A DNA stretch of 64,000 bases from contig CT868050.1 of the NCBI GenBank assembly GCA_000165425.1, forward strand, positions 124,001-188,000. The letters run 5' to 3'. The position numbers and the translations under genes are program-made. Each line of letters starts with the position of its first letter. Position 1 is the stretch's first letter. The notes beneath the pieces are model-generated. The model ran no database searches and was not told where the DNA came from. It saw only the letters and a program-made list of their open reading frames with translations. Below, in pieces: positions 52,234 to 64,000 of the stretch. The DNA is from Paramecium tetraurelia. Its lineage: Eukaryota.

Positions 52234-54371
52234 ATGTAATAATCTATTCACTAATAAAAAATAGTCGAATTTACGAATCAAGGTACAACTTCATTTGCAC
52301 ATTAGGTGAATATGTTTAATTGGAAGATTATATACGAGTAAATCAAACAGTGCAGATGAATTTTTCATAAGCCTTAGTCGAATGCATCCAATATACAAGG
52401 GATAGCGAAGAACACTTGCAATGCATTCAATAAATTCTGAAGTAACTCTTTTCCAAAAATATCAAGATAATAAATTGATTTCAATTATAAGGATAACCAA
52501 GGAAACACTGCCTTGATCTAAGCAGCGAAAAGCGGCAAAATCAGTATATTGAATGAAATCATTAAATACAAAGAAAGGTTTGAGAAAAGACAATTTAAGC
52601 TCGCACTTGATATTGCAATACAATCAGAACAAGATAATTGGGATATCGTTGAGACTTTGCTTCAATTAACTTCACTAGAAAAGCCTCAACATTTGATTAA
52701 ATCTATGCGCAAAGGCAATTTTAAAACTGCACAAAAGATTATTGAATAATATGGTGCTTCTGGATAAGATGAAAATGGAGACACAGCCTTACATGTGGCT
52801 TCTCGATTGGGCAATCTATAAATTATTAAAAGCATCTGTCAAAAGGAAAATCTCTATAAAAAAAAAAATTAATAACATCAAACTCCATTAGATGTGGCTT
52901 GCAATCAAGAAACCAGAAATCAACTAATAGAAGAAGAAATCCAATTCCAAAAATCACCAAATAGAAAAAGAAGATAAGATGATCTCAATGAAAATAATTA
53001 GATTTCTTAGAAACCTTAAAAATATGAGGATTTTAATGAAATATTTTAGAACCCCCCCAAGGTATTACATGATCAAGCAATCCAAACTGAAAACAAAGAA
53101 AAGAAAGACTCTGAATCATAAATTCCAGAGCATAATTACATCAATCAACCATTCTATGATTAATTAATCTCTGAAGCCCTAGTTACTCTACCTCAACATA
53201 GAATTAGTCTAGATGACATTGTGAAGTAATTTCTCAATAATATCAAGGTAATTGTCCTTTGAAATCAATACATTCTCTTAAGAGTTGAATAAATTGTTGG
53301 AGGAACAAAGACCCATTATTGACAAGATAGTTTAGATGGTTGATGAAGTATGATTCAGTTCTTATGCAATTATTAGACTGTTCAATCTGTATGTTCTAAG
53401 TCTCGCGCCTTTCTATACGGTTCTTGCTAAACTGGTCTAAATTTACTCGATTCTGATATTGATATTGTGATCGAAACAAACGAGTAAGAAAGGATCTCGT
53501 TATATAAGATTGCTGAATAATTTAAAGTATTATGGTATATAGTTTTAGACACAAGGCTTTATTAAGGAGGTGAAGGTTATTGATAATGCGAGGAAACCTG
53601 TTTTGAAAATGCAATGTTCACAAGAATTTCAAAATAAACTTATCGATATTACCATTAGTAAGAATGATCACTCTGGGAGAAAGACTGCTAATTCGATGAT
53701 TGAATTCCAGAAGGAATTTAAATAGTTTAAAAGTCTTGCTTTAATCTTGAAATTTTACTTTAAATCTATTAATCTTTTAAATGCTTATCAAGTATCTCAA
53801 TCATTTGTAACAAGGGTGGTTTGAATAGCTATTGCATTCTGACTATGATCTTAGCCTTACTATAAATTAAACGTGTACGAGATCTTGAAAACGAAGAGAT
53901 TGGTAAGACCTTTATGGACTTTTTCGATCTATATAGTTAAGATATCGATTACTTTAATAAAATTATAAATATTGTTCCGTCCCAATCAGAGAATATGTAA
54001 GTTGATGAACCTAATATTTACTAATAACAATTTCCTTAGTTGTAAAGATTCATCTAATTTTAGTGATCAAGGATAGTAAGAATTAGTTATATTGGATTTA
54101 CATAATAAAGGCAATAACATTGCAAGCAGCACCTTCAAAGTCAAGCACATCAAAGTAAGTATTCCTATTCACATCTAAGAATGCCTTGACACTCGCTTAT
54201 AGTACTATACTGAATTCTCAAAAATGCGAAGAACCATGCTTTTTCTCCAGATACAATAAACCTGTTTGTTGTATACTCAAATAAATCATCTAACAATCAA
54301 AGAACCATCACTTGACTGGTGCATATAAATCAAAATAGCCATTTTATTTCTTTAATTTTAATACTTATTGA
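52234..54371 (+). CDS. Ankyrin-repeat + TRF4/PAPD5-type non-canonical poly(A)/terminal nucleotidyltransferase
   Basis: Ankyrin motifs DNQGNTALIQAAKSG and DENGDTALHVASRLG; NTase LYGSCQTGLNLLDSDIDIV (53419-53463), LIDITI, GGLNSY; PAP-associated LDLHNKGNNIASS; multiple tiny introns. Confidence 0.85.
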
Positions 54372-54511
54372 CACATGTAATATCATTTTCTAATTATATT
54401 CCAACTAATTATCTATAAATATTGTTTAAACACTAAAATAAAACTCATATGTTAACATCTTAATTGATTAGACAGCATACAAATATAAAATTACATATTT
54501 ATAAACAAATA

Positions 54512-55366
54512 TCATTTCATCTTATCTAATTAGTTTAAATACTTTAGATGTTCTCTTTCAAGTCTAGCAATTTCATCATCAAAAGGATCCTAGTTCATAT
54601 TACTTACGGGTTTATTCGACATGACCTTCATAGGAGCATCCTCCTTTTTTTTGGCCACAGGTTTTGGTATATTTCTGGCAAATTCCATAGCCTTTTGTCT
54701 CGATATGTTTGTAATAATACCTTGCATTAATTTCAGGTTGCTTAGTCTCTTTGCTCTTGATAGTTATTATATTGGTTGAATTAAACTGTCTGACTTATTC
54801 TGCAAATTCTTGTCTTTTTTGTACTTTTTCTTTTTCTTTTGCCCATTCATCCCCACTAATATTAGGCCCTAAACCTCCTAATTTGGCATTCGCAGTCTTT
54901 TTCATTATCTCGTAATCCTTGATGGTGTATGGTTTGTACCGTTACGAATCACCTACTTGTTGTTATTATTATTTTGCGGATTGGGATCTTTGTTCCATTT
55001 TCTTTTGAGGTTCAGTGACCGTTTGCCTTACTTGATAGTCGTAAGTGGGTTGAAAATATTGCTATTGACTCAAGTATTATAGAGAATCTTGGATCTACTA
55101 CTCTGGTATGTATGGGTTGTGTTAATATAAGGGTTAATGGTATTGTTGTTGGTTGTATTGAATTTGAGTAAGTACAGGTTGAACATTAACTTACTATTGC
55201 AAAGGTTATTGAATCTGGGGAATTCTATTTTGATCTGAGATAAGTGACATATGATACATTCGAAGTCTTTCTTGATTGGCTGTTAACAAGAATTGAGAAC
55301 AGACTCTAGGCCATTCCTACCCATGACTGTTGTTTTGCCCTTGAACCTTTCCTAGAAAGTTGACAT
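54512..55366 (-). CDS. JHY-like ciliary protein
   Basis: YKPYTIKDY...KLGGLGPN...KRQEFAEQVRQFN...RQKAMEFARNIPKP...LEREH; Gln-rich N-terminus; two introns. Confidence 0.7.
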
Positions 55367-55715
55367 TATAAATAATTATATGTATAATAATAACCCTTCT
55401 AAATGCACAATCCATTTGCATGAATTCTTTGAATAGCTCAGTCAGTCAGGCTGTTTTAATTCATAATGGTATTTGAGTTCTCTCAAATAATCTTTAACAC
55501 CATACTTTTGGCTTTTTGTTCAATTTATGGAAGTGAACACTGAAGTGGATAAAGCTATTCCTAGTATTTTATTATTCATTTAAGATGGTTACGAAGATTT
55601 TTGAATTTGTTTGCAATTCAAAATTATTAATAGAATAATTTTATTACATATATTTATAAGTTTTCAGCAATGGAAGACTTAATAATTATTTTTGTAAGTG
55701 TATATTTCATTGATC

Positions 55716-56570
55716 ATGCCCAGGAATAAGAAGAAATGTGGGAGGCCATCCAAATCTGAGAACTCTGAGGAGATAGAATATTAGGATGAGGGATACATTG
55801 CTACCAATTAATTTGCCTTGGAACTTCTATAATTGATCACAGAAATGGCTAATTATAAATTACTAACAATAACAGGGCCAGCTCCAGGTAAAAAGGATGA
55901 GGAGAAGAAAAAATATAAGAAAAAGTGTCTAAAGAGTAGAAAGGAGATTGAAAAAGAATAAAAATGGTTAAGAAGTAAGTTAAATATCAAGGAGGACTAG
56001 GTGTTCTTCTTGAGGAATCAAGATGATAATCCCAGGAAATATCGATTAGTAGATGGCAAGTTGGTGGAGTGTGGAGGTGAATCATCTAATAATATATTTT
56101 AATTCCAAAATGAGAATTATGAAGTCAACGATTTTATGAGGAACATCCTAAGAGTTTGTAATGAGTTAAATACGGAGAATTAAAAGTTTATAAAACAACT
56201 AGTGATGATATTCTTTCGATCTAACAAATCAATCAATGAGTTTTAAGAACAATTTTTTTTATCTTTTAATTCATAATCTGAGTAAGAATATAAAGAACTA
56301 AGATAATGGGATGAATTATTTGAAATCTCATTCGACGAAAAGTTATCATTGATGTAAAGTGAGATTGATTAATTCAAAGAGAAATATTCTCTGAATTTGA
56401 ATCTTGAGCAAAGTCAATTGAAAGTTGAATAAAAAAGAATGGATGTCTTAAAAAACCAACAGTTGAACCTTGAGGTATTTAAAAGTATAGAAGGACCCAA
56501 TCGACCCTTAAAACTATTCACAAGGAGGATACATAGTTTATTCTATAAACATTTTGATGTAGAAGAATGA
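55716..56570 (+). CDS. Hypothetical protein (284 aa) with N-terminal AT-hook-like KKCGRPSK
   Basis: Intronless open frame of 285 codons. Confidence 0.7.
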
Positions 56571-57030
56571 TATAAGTTTAATTTTATCACTATTAATTTA
56601 TCTCTTCTTTTAATGTTTATATTCTTATCTTATAATTAAATTTATGTCTCGGAACAACCAGAAAGAATACAGACTTCTTTGATGTGTTGAATTTATTCAA
56701 TTAAATTAGGTCAAATAATTCAAATACATTATGTATTCTATTTAAATAATGTTTTGTGATTGGAATAGGTTATATTAATATCTTTAAAATAACAAATCAA
56801 GGGGTCAAATAGAATTAAATAAAGCTAATATTTAAGATTACTGAATAATGAATATTTGCACTTGAATTATTTTTCATCCTCTGTATTTTAGAATAGAAGG
56901 GTTATTTTTTAGATTAAATGCGGTTATGATCACATCAACTGGTTTAAGTTTATAACCGTATAAGGTTGAATTTTGGATCATGTGAAGTTAGTACAGTCGA
57001 TAATTAAAAGCTGTTTATTAATTTAATATA

Positions 57031-58532
57031 ATGAAGCAACCTCCTAAGATGAGTTAGGCAAGCAGTCCAAACAACAAACTCATCCATACTCTATTACTGA
57101 AACAAAAGAGTCCTTCATAGTATGCAATTCAGAGTCCAGCAGTCTCTCCTACTCAAGTGAGTTTGCCGAAAGGTCTGTATCAAAGCAAGAACACATCAAT
57201 TGATTTGACCAAATTGGCCACTCTGATGAAACAATAGAAAGTAAAGTAACCGTCCGACGGACAGAAAGACTCAATGAACTAGTTGATAGCAAAGGCTCGT
57301 GCAATTGCAATTTCTGCAAAGACACCAACAGGCCCAATTCATATTCGTAATGATTCGACGCAGGTTCGGAAGGAGAACAAGGAGCCAGAGGTGGTGAGTC
57401 CAAAGGTTGCGGATACGAAATAGATGGGGAAGGCAGCATTTACATTTGAATATGTAATAGGAATTGGAGGATTTGGGAAGGTATGGAAGGTGAAGAGAGT
57501 GGGATAGCAATATGCTATGAAGGAGATGTCTAAGGCTTTGGTGATAACAAAGAAGAGTGTGAATTCAGTGATGAACGAGCGTATGCTGCTCAGTCAACTG
57601 AAGCACACATTCTTGATCAATATGTACTATGCATTTCAAGATCGAGAGAACCTGTACCTGGTGATGGACTACATGTGTGGAGGGGACTTGCGATTTCACA
57701 TTGGACGAATGCGACGATTCAATGAGGAACAGACTAGTAATAGTATTCGATGATAATAAGAGTTTTTTGTGGCCTCTATTTTTATTGGTCTTGAGTACCT
57801 ACATACAAACAACATCATACACAGAGACATCAAACCAGAAAACCTGGTGCTTGATGAAAAGGGCTTTGTGCACATTACCGATTTAGGTATTGCTCGTGTT
57901 ATGAAGCCTGAAAACTCTAGCGATACGAGTGGCACTCCTGGTTATATGGGTAAGCAGTTTATCATTTAATAAGCAATTAGCTCCTGAGGTGATGTGTAGA
58001 TAGAACCACACTTTTGCAGTTGATTACTATGCTTTGGGTGTTATTGCTTATGAGTTTATGTTGGGCAGAGTATGAATTAAGATTTAATCAAATATAGCGA
58101 CCCTACGTTGGTCGATCTAGACAGGAGATCCGTGATCAAATACTAGCCAGATAGGTGTAAATAAGAGCAAGTGAAGTACCTCCCAATTGGAGTGCCGAGG
58201 CAGTTGATTTTGTGAATCGTTTATTACAACGTAAACCCAATAGTCGACTTGGATATAATGGAGGACATGAAATCAAATTGCATCCTTGGTTCAAGAGTTT
58301 CCCATGGTCAAAATTATAAAACAGAGAATTCACTGCTCCATTCATTCCAAATCCGAGTGATGATAATTTTGATCAACGTCAAATAGTGATCGAGGATGAA
58401 GAGAATGCTGAATTGATCAGTTAGAATATGCAATTGTTAAGAGATCCAAATGTTCAGCAACAGTTTGTTGGCTACGAATATCAAGCGCATAATAATGAGA
58501 GGGTCTTCGTCTTTGATTAATAAAAATAATGA
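57031..58532 (+). CDS. AGC-group Ser/Thr kinase (same family as 47463-49288)
   Basis: IGIGGFGKV, YAMKEM, HRDIKPEN, TDLGIAR, SGTPGYM-APE; three introns; TGA 58530-58532. Confidence 0.93.
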
Positions 58533-59725
58533 AGCTATCACTCACATTATTTACACTTCTAATATCTATTTATTGTGCCGTGCATAGAGAATATTACGAT
58601 ATCTTGGGAGTCTCCCCAAATGCTTCAGTCTAAGACATCAAAAAGGCCTATCGTAAACTATCCCAGCAATACCATCCCGATAGAAATCAAGGGGATCCAG
58701 ATGCAAATGAAAAATTCTCGAAAATCAACGTGGGTATTTGAGAATCCTATGATTTTAGCCTATGAGGTGCTATAAGACCCGGAGTAGAGGAAAAAGTATG
58801 ATAAGGGAGGAGTTGACGGTCTCAATAATCAAGGAATGTAGCATCATGATCCATTTGACATATTCGGATCATTTTTTGGAAGAGAATAGTAGGGAGAACG
58901 AAAGGGCCCAGAATTGAAGGTTAAGGTTAGAGTCACATTGGAGGATATTTACAATGGCAAAGAGATTCCAGTTTATTTGACTAAATAAATATTATGTCCA
59001 CATTGTAGAGGATCTGGTGCTGATGACCCAGATCTAGTAGAAACATGTCCTACTTGTAAAGGTGTTGGAAGTGTATAGAAAAGACAATAAGTGGGTTTTG
59101 GATGTAAGCTAATTTATCGACATTTAAGTCTTTTAAACATTCCAAGCCACGTGTGAAAGATGTTATGGAACAGGAAAGATCATCAAAAAAAAGTGCCATC
59201 TTTGTAAAGGTGATAAGGTATTAGAATATTAGTGATTCCTAGATCATTCCTGGTGCTGATAACATCAGTTTGTATATAGAAAAAGGAATCTAGGACAAAC
59301 AAACTATTGTAATCATATACATAGATATACTATATAGAAATATGAGAATATGGCTGATGAACGTAATGATTCTGGCACTTCAGATCTCATCTTTTAAATT
59401 GAACAAATACCACATGCATTCTTTTAGAGACAAGGAACTGATTTAAGATGCAAGGTGGAGATTACTTTGAAGGAAGCCTTACTTGGATTCAAGAAGAAGA
59501 TCAAACATCTTGATAATCATTTTGTGAGAATTGATAAGGAAGGCATTACAAAGCCTGGAGAAGTGCAAATCATAAAAGGAGAAGGAATGCCATAACACGA
59601 GTTTTCATCTCAACACGGAGATTTATATGTAGAATACAAAGTGGTAATTCCAGATTTCAATGGAGAATAACTTAGATGTAAATATAATTTATTATCACTT
59701 AGAATGGTAAAAATTCTTTTAATGA
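58529..59725 (+). CDS. ER-targeted DnaJ/Hsp40 (Scj1/ERdj3-like, with zinc finger)
   Basis: Signal [64 protein letters not shown]; five introns. Confidence 0.93.
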
Positions 59726-59820
59726 ATATAATATAAATGTATAATTTATATGTTTTTGTTTATTTATGTGCTTCATAATAAGGGATTATGCCTATTATTT
59801 ATTATAATATTAATAAATTA

Positions 59821-60442
59821 ATGTATTCAAGTTATCAGATAGTGATTGAAAGCGAACCTGAATGTGTGAATTTGTAGGACATACCCATACTGTATGTGAA
59901 TTCAATAGCATTGTAATTTAAGGATGAATAGATGACGGAGTTTAAAGTCATCGAATTTGCATTGATAATACTCTCAATGTTGATTAGTATGATTTGTGGT
60001 GCACGTTACTTGATGTGAGCATGAAATTAGTTAATGTTAGTGTGTCGATGACTTACATGTGTTAGACAACAATCAGCATATTGGCACTCCTATCATTGAT
60101 GTTAATGATATTGCCTTCACTCACTCTATGTTCTAAGACTTTCAAGATGAGTTTGCACATGCAGAGAATAGCACAATTGTTATATTTATCGTTATTGATC
60201 ATGGGAGCAGTAGTATTTTTTTTTTTCAAACTCAAACTTATCAAGAATGTAGACTGTAAGGGAAGGTAATAGTGGAGGAAGTAGGAATGTTGCCTTTCCT
60301 ATTGGAAATTCTTTGTTGTCTGATGAATCTAGCCTATGTAAGTTACTTGCATTATGTCACAGTGCAATATTGCAACAAGGAGTAACCAATCAGAATGTAG
60401 ATAGTGCAGAAGATTATGAACACAATAGTACCAATAATTTGA
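59821..60442 (+). CDS. Small multi-pass membrane protein
   Basis: About four hydrophobic segments and one intron; the T11 run at 60216-60226 appears mis-sized, because the last TM and TGA 60440-60442 lie in another frame. Confidence 0.55.
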
Positions 60443-60464
60443 TATTATATTATAATTTATAAAC

Positions 60465-60710
60465 ATGGGATGCGCAATTACAAACGAGAAAGTTGCTCTC
60501 TAGAAAACCATGATGATGGAGTCCACATTCAACAAGGAACAACGAGAGAAAGAGTAGCGGATCAAAGCACATCTTATTTTAGACGAATACCGTCAAACCA
60601 AAACAATTAGAAAGTAAATCAAACTGCAATCCGACGTCAAGGATGCTTTGCTAGAGTAACTCACAAGGAATAAAACTGTAACTCCTCAAAAGTCCTCGAT
60701 TGCCAATTGA
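60465..60710 (+). CDS. Small (81 aa) protein with MGC N-terminus (predicted myristoylation/palmitoylation)
   Basis: MGCAITNEKVALQK...; intronless, TGA 60708-60710. Confidence 0.65.
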
Positions 60711-60739
60711 ATTATATATATATATATAGATGTTTTCAT

Positions 60740-61809
60740 TCATTTAATTAAGTAACCCCTTACTGTTTCATACCAGTAGTGAGTCAGACTTTCCAATTTG
60801 CTTTAAACGCAATCCTTTATCTAGCCAAAGAGTGTCTTCTAGTCATCAGAGTCAATGGCAATTTAATATTTACGAATCCGATGTTGCAGAGCTTCTTTTA
60901 TGGTCATTCTTTTGTCTTCCTCAGTCAAACACTTGTCGATGAAATCATTAACTACTTCATCCTCTTCTTCTCGAGTGTCTCTCCTCTTATTCTCCCTTTG
61001 CTGATATTGAATACACTTACAAAAGACACTCCAATGATTCAAATGGATGGATTTTATAAAATAATTAGTGCAAAATAATTCCCAAAGCCCAAACATCCTA
61101 CTTGTCACTGTAGATTGTTCGCTTATTGCTTTTGTGGACTTCTGGTGCCATTGTCTCAGGAGTTCCACACTTGACTGACTCAGTTCCCAATCCATTGTCT
61201 GAAATGCTCTTGGCAAATCCAAAATCAATGATCTTTATCTAATCAACATTTGTACAATCATTACTTATCTCTTTTTCAATAGGATGTTGTCTAATTTCAA
61301 ATCCCTGTGGATAATTTTGTGTTTCTGCAACTCTTCTAGACCATTAAGAATTTGCTAAAAATATTAAATGGCCTCATTTCTACTAAACTCTTGATACCGC
61401 TTGCTTAGAGACTCTCATTTTATACACACTTATTTACCATCGCACAATTCCATTATTATGTAATGTTTGTCATCAATCTTTACATCATCATAAATCTTAG
61501 CAATATTCTTTGATTTTAAACTTTTCTACAATTCTATTTCCGAGCTTACTCTCTCGTTCCCAAGCATCACTCTTATTGCCACCTTCTTGTTCCTATTCTA
61601 GCACTAAATCATTAACTGAAGCTCCTTACTTTCCATCCCGCATATACCTAACAATAAGAACCCTTCCCCAATAAATTATCAGAATTATAGCAGTATTCTC
61701 CTATAGTAATTATTGCACCCTAATCTAAGATTTCTCTTTTTTATTTAAAGCATCTTTCAAGATCGTTTCTTCGAGTTTCAATCCTAAACTTCTCCCTCTT
61801 CTTTTACAT
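60740..61809 (-). CDS. Ser/Thr kinase-fold protein, probable pseudokinase (VAIR), with IBB-like N-terminus
   Basis: LGKGSYCQV, VAIR, HRDLKLDNIL, DFG, CGTPETMAPE, DVWALG; four introns. Confidence 0.85.
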
Positions 61810-62025
61810 CTACTTCAAAATTATATATATATATAAATTAATATTAATGACACTCATATATATAATAATTATTGTATACTCTTCTAGTTATCTCCATTCA
61901 CTAAAATTGTTGATAATCAGTATAAATACTGCGTAGAAATATTTCATTTAAAATGTTATATATGATGAATTATCAATTGCTCAATTATCCTAAAATTTAA
62001 TACAAACCTAAATAAATAAATTTAA

Positions 62026-62349
62026 ATGGATTTAGAAGACAACGACTTCTTGGCAGATGGCGACAATCGCAATGTGAGATCTCGGAATAAGAACAATAAT
62101 AATAAGAGAAACAATATGGTAGAGACAGTGCAAAGAGATTAATAAAAATAAAAAAGGCAGGAACAATAACATAAAGACGAAGAATGGTCAGATGAAGAAG
62201 AGAAGAAGAATAATGCCAAGAGGTTGTAACAGTAGGAAAAGAAATTAAAGCAAGCCTAGAAGCAATTAGAATTTAAGAAAGACGAGGAAGAAATGTAACC
62301 AAAATTAAAGGGCAAAGAAAAAAGACAAGCTCATATACACGATCTATGA
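62026..62349 (+). CDS. Small charged low-complexity protein (107 aa)
   Basis: MDLEDNDFLADGDNR...AHIHDL-TGA; intronless. Confidence 0.6.
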
Positions 62350-64000
62350 TCATTATTTTAATAATATCAATTCCTTAATTTACTTTACAATGCCTTAAAC
62401 TGCCAGACCATGCTCTTCCTGCTCTATCAATTGCTATAGAATGGAATTCTTAAACATGTCTTTAATTTTTATCGAGTCGGACTCTAATAGATAATATAGT
62501 ATCTGTAACAAATGTTTGAGGTTCAACTGACTTTAATCCTTCTGAATCAAGAGTTCCAATAGTTATTTCCTAAACAATAGACTAAGTCCAAATTCTTTTG
62601 GTAATACTTTAACTAGTGTTGGGTACATGGGAACAGTGTTATTTTTAAAATAAGCCACAAGAATGTCAATGTTTTTGCTTAGAGGGATGCGTTGAGTTTA
62701 ATCTAATTCTATTAATTTAACAATTGTATCAAGTAACTTTGTGATATTTAGATTTGTTGTTAATAATCCAACATAAATGCTAATACCTCCATTTTCTTGT
62801 AATTTTTATTTGCATCTTTCAGAAGATGTAGCTAATGAGCATAATATGCTAATAGCTGCCTTTTTCATAGAGATTTGGTTTTCTTATTCACTTGGCAATT
62901 TAAATAATTCTAGCAATAAAGGAACGCCTTCATAAAGACACAATTCTTCTTATTTATCATGATTCAATTTGGTAAGATAAAATATAATTCTTAGAATATC
63001 TGCAATCATCGGCCCTTAACTTGGTAAGTCCTTCTTTAACAGGGTTAAGGCTCTAGGGATGATAGCGAATCCATCTAAATGTGGTTAAAGATTGGGTTCA
63101 GTGGAGAGATATCTAAATATTTTTATTGTTTTTAGAAGTGCTTATTCCTAATTTTAATTAAGGAAAGTGGCCAATCTGGTAATAACTTCTTTTTCGCAAA
63201 GGGATTGTTTAACTATTTTGTCGTCGCACTTTGCTAAGATCACTAAAATATTCAATGATTTGATCATTAAATTAACATCTATATTTTGAATTTGTTCAGC
63301 AATAAGCACTAGTCTATAAGTGATGAATTTGCTAGTTAAGAGTCTACTAAGATTTCTTTAACTTATAGTATTAAGATCGTATAGTAATATGATAGTGTCT
63401 AATGCTAAACCAATTAAGTCAATGTTATCAGAGATGTCTGATGTGTCAATTAATTCTAGGAGGTTATCCAATCCTCCAATTGAGAGAAGGTATCCTTCTT
63501 TGAAGTAGGTTAACTATCCCAAAAAATAGGCAGCTTCAACTCTTAGTTCTTTATGAAATTCAGATGAAGTGATTTATTGATAAAAGTTAGCTGCTCCCAA
63601 ATAACATGACAATTCTAATAATTAAGGATTCTAATCAACAACAATATTTATTAATTCAAATATCAATTTTAAAATTTATAAAGATTAGGATTAATCTTAT
63701 GAATTATTTTCACAATATAGTGGCATATATTTCTCAATAATTTCCAATAATGATGTTAAACCAGTATGAATGAAATATTCTTTACATTTATCATTGGGAA
63801 TAGTATCTTTTAACTATTCTAAAATTTTAATAATCTAAGAATTATCACTTTGTTCTGTTAATTAAGTGATTAGTTCATTAATTTCTCTCATACTTTTGCC
63901 ATCTTCATTCTAGCCCCAAAATCCATTTTACTTAATTTGATGACTGGTTCTTAATTTAAGCTATCTTAGTGAATCCAATTAAGAATCTCTCACAGCACTG
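62350..64000 (-). CDS. Armadillo/HEAT-repeat protein; 5' end outside window
   Basis: Leu/Ile-rich helical repeats, e.g. ILRIIFYLTKLNHDNKEELCLYEGVPLLLE, MKKAAISILCSLA, LQENGGISIYVGLL; TGA at 62350-62352. Confidence 0.7.

Noticed and set aside
55670..55759. Upstream ATG as the true start of the 55716 gene, or a regulatory uORF
   Set aside because: It is out of frame and ends at TGA with or without the 30-nt GT..AG candidate; nothing shows it lies within the transcript.
47463..58532. DLG instead of DFG in both AGC kinases (and APQ in the 11899 kinase) as signs of inactivity
   Set aside because: The catalytic Lys, HRD Asp and metal-binding Asp are intact, and these variants are tolerated.
1..64000. 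CRISPR arrays, rRNA, tRNA, telomeric repeats, prokaryotic operons
   Set aside because: None seen; the periodicity at 1.5-6.8 kb is protein-level Cys repetition, not DNA direct repeats with spacers.

Overview
AT-rich, very gene-dense ciliate macronuclear-type DNA, most consistent with a Paramecium aurelia-complex species. TAA/TAG encode Gln, only TGA stops, and introns are 21-29 nt GT..AG. The supplied ORF track treats TAA/TAG as stops and therefore fragments every gene, so I re-translated by hand with the ciliate code. About 35 genes plus one clear pseudogene were found: a giant Cys-repeat surface protein, two large single-pass membrane proteins, four kinases, GST-zeta, an aldo-keto reductase, three trichocyst matrix proteins, a CNBD K+ channel, a probable mitochondrial complex III subunit, a tandem pair of secreted paralogs, Sel1, RING, RPS13, RPL39, an L1-domain protein, JHY-like, ER DnaJ and an ARM protein. 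The standout is a ~1,390-aa NLR-like protein (22020-26184) combining a caspase-like CHAT protease with an intact His/Cys dyad, a STAND/NB-ARC ATPase and TPRs. Also notable are an ankyrin-TRF4-type nucleotidyltransferase fusion, an IBB-like/VAIR pseudokinase, and extreme gene packing (ATGA stop/start overlap, abutting TGA-TCA stops, a 12-nt in-frame spacer). A cluster of single-base insertions at 19.2-23.0 kb looks like unpolished assembly error. All family calls come from motif recognition, not database searches.
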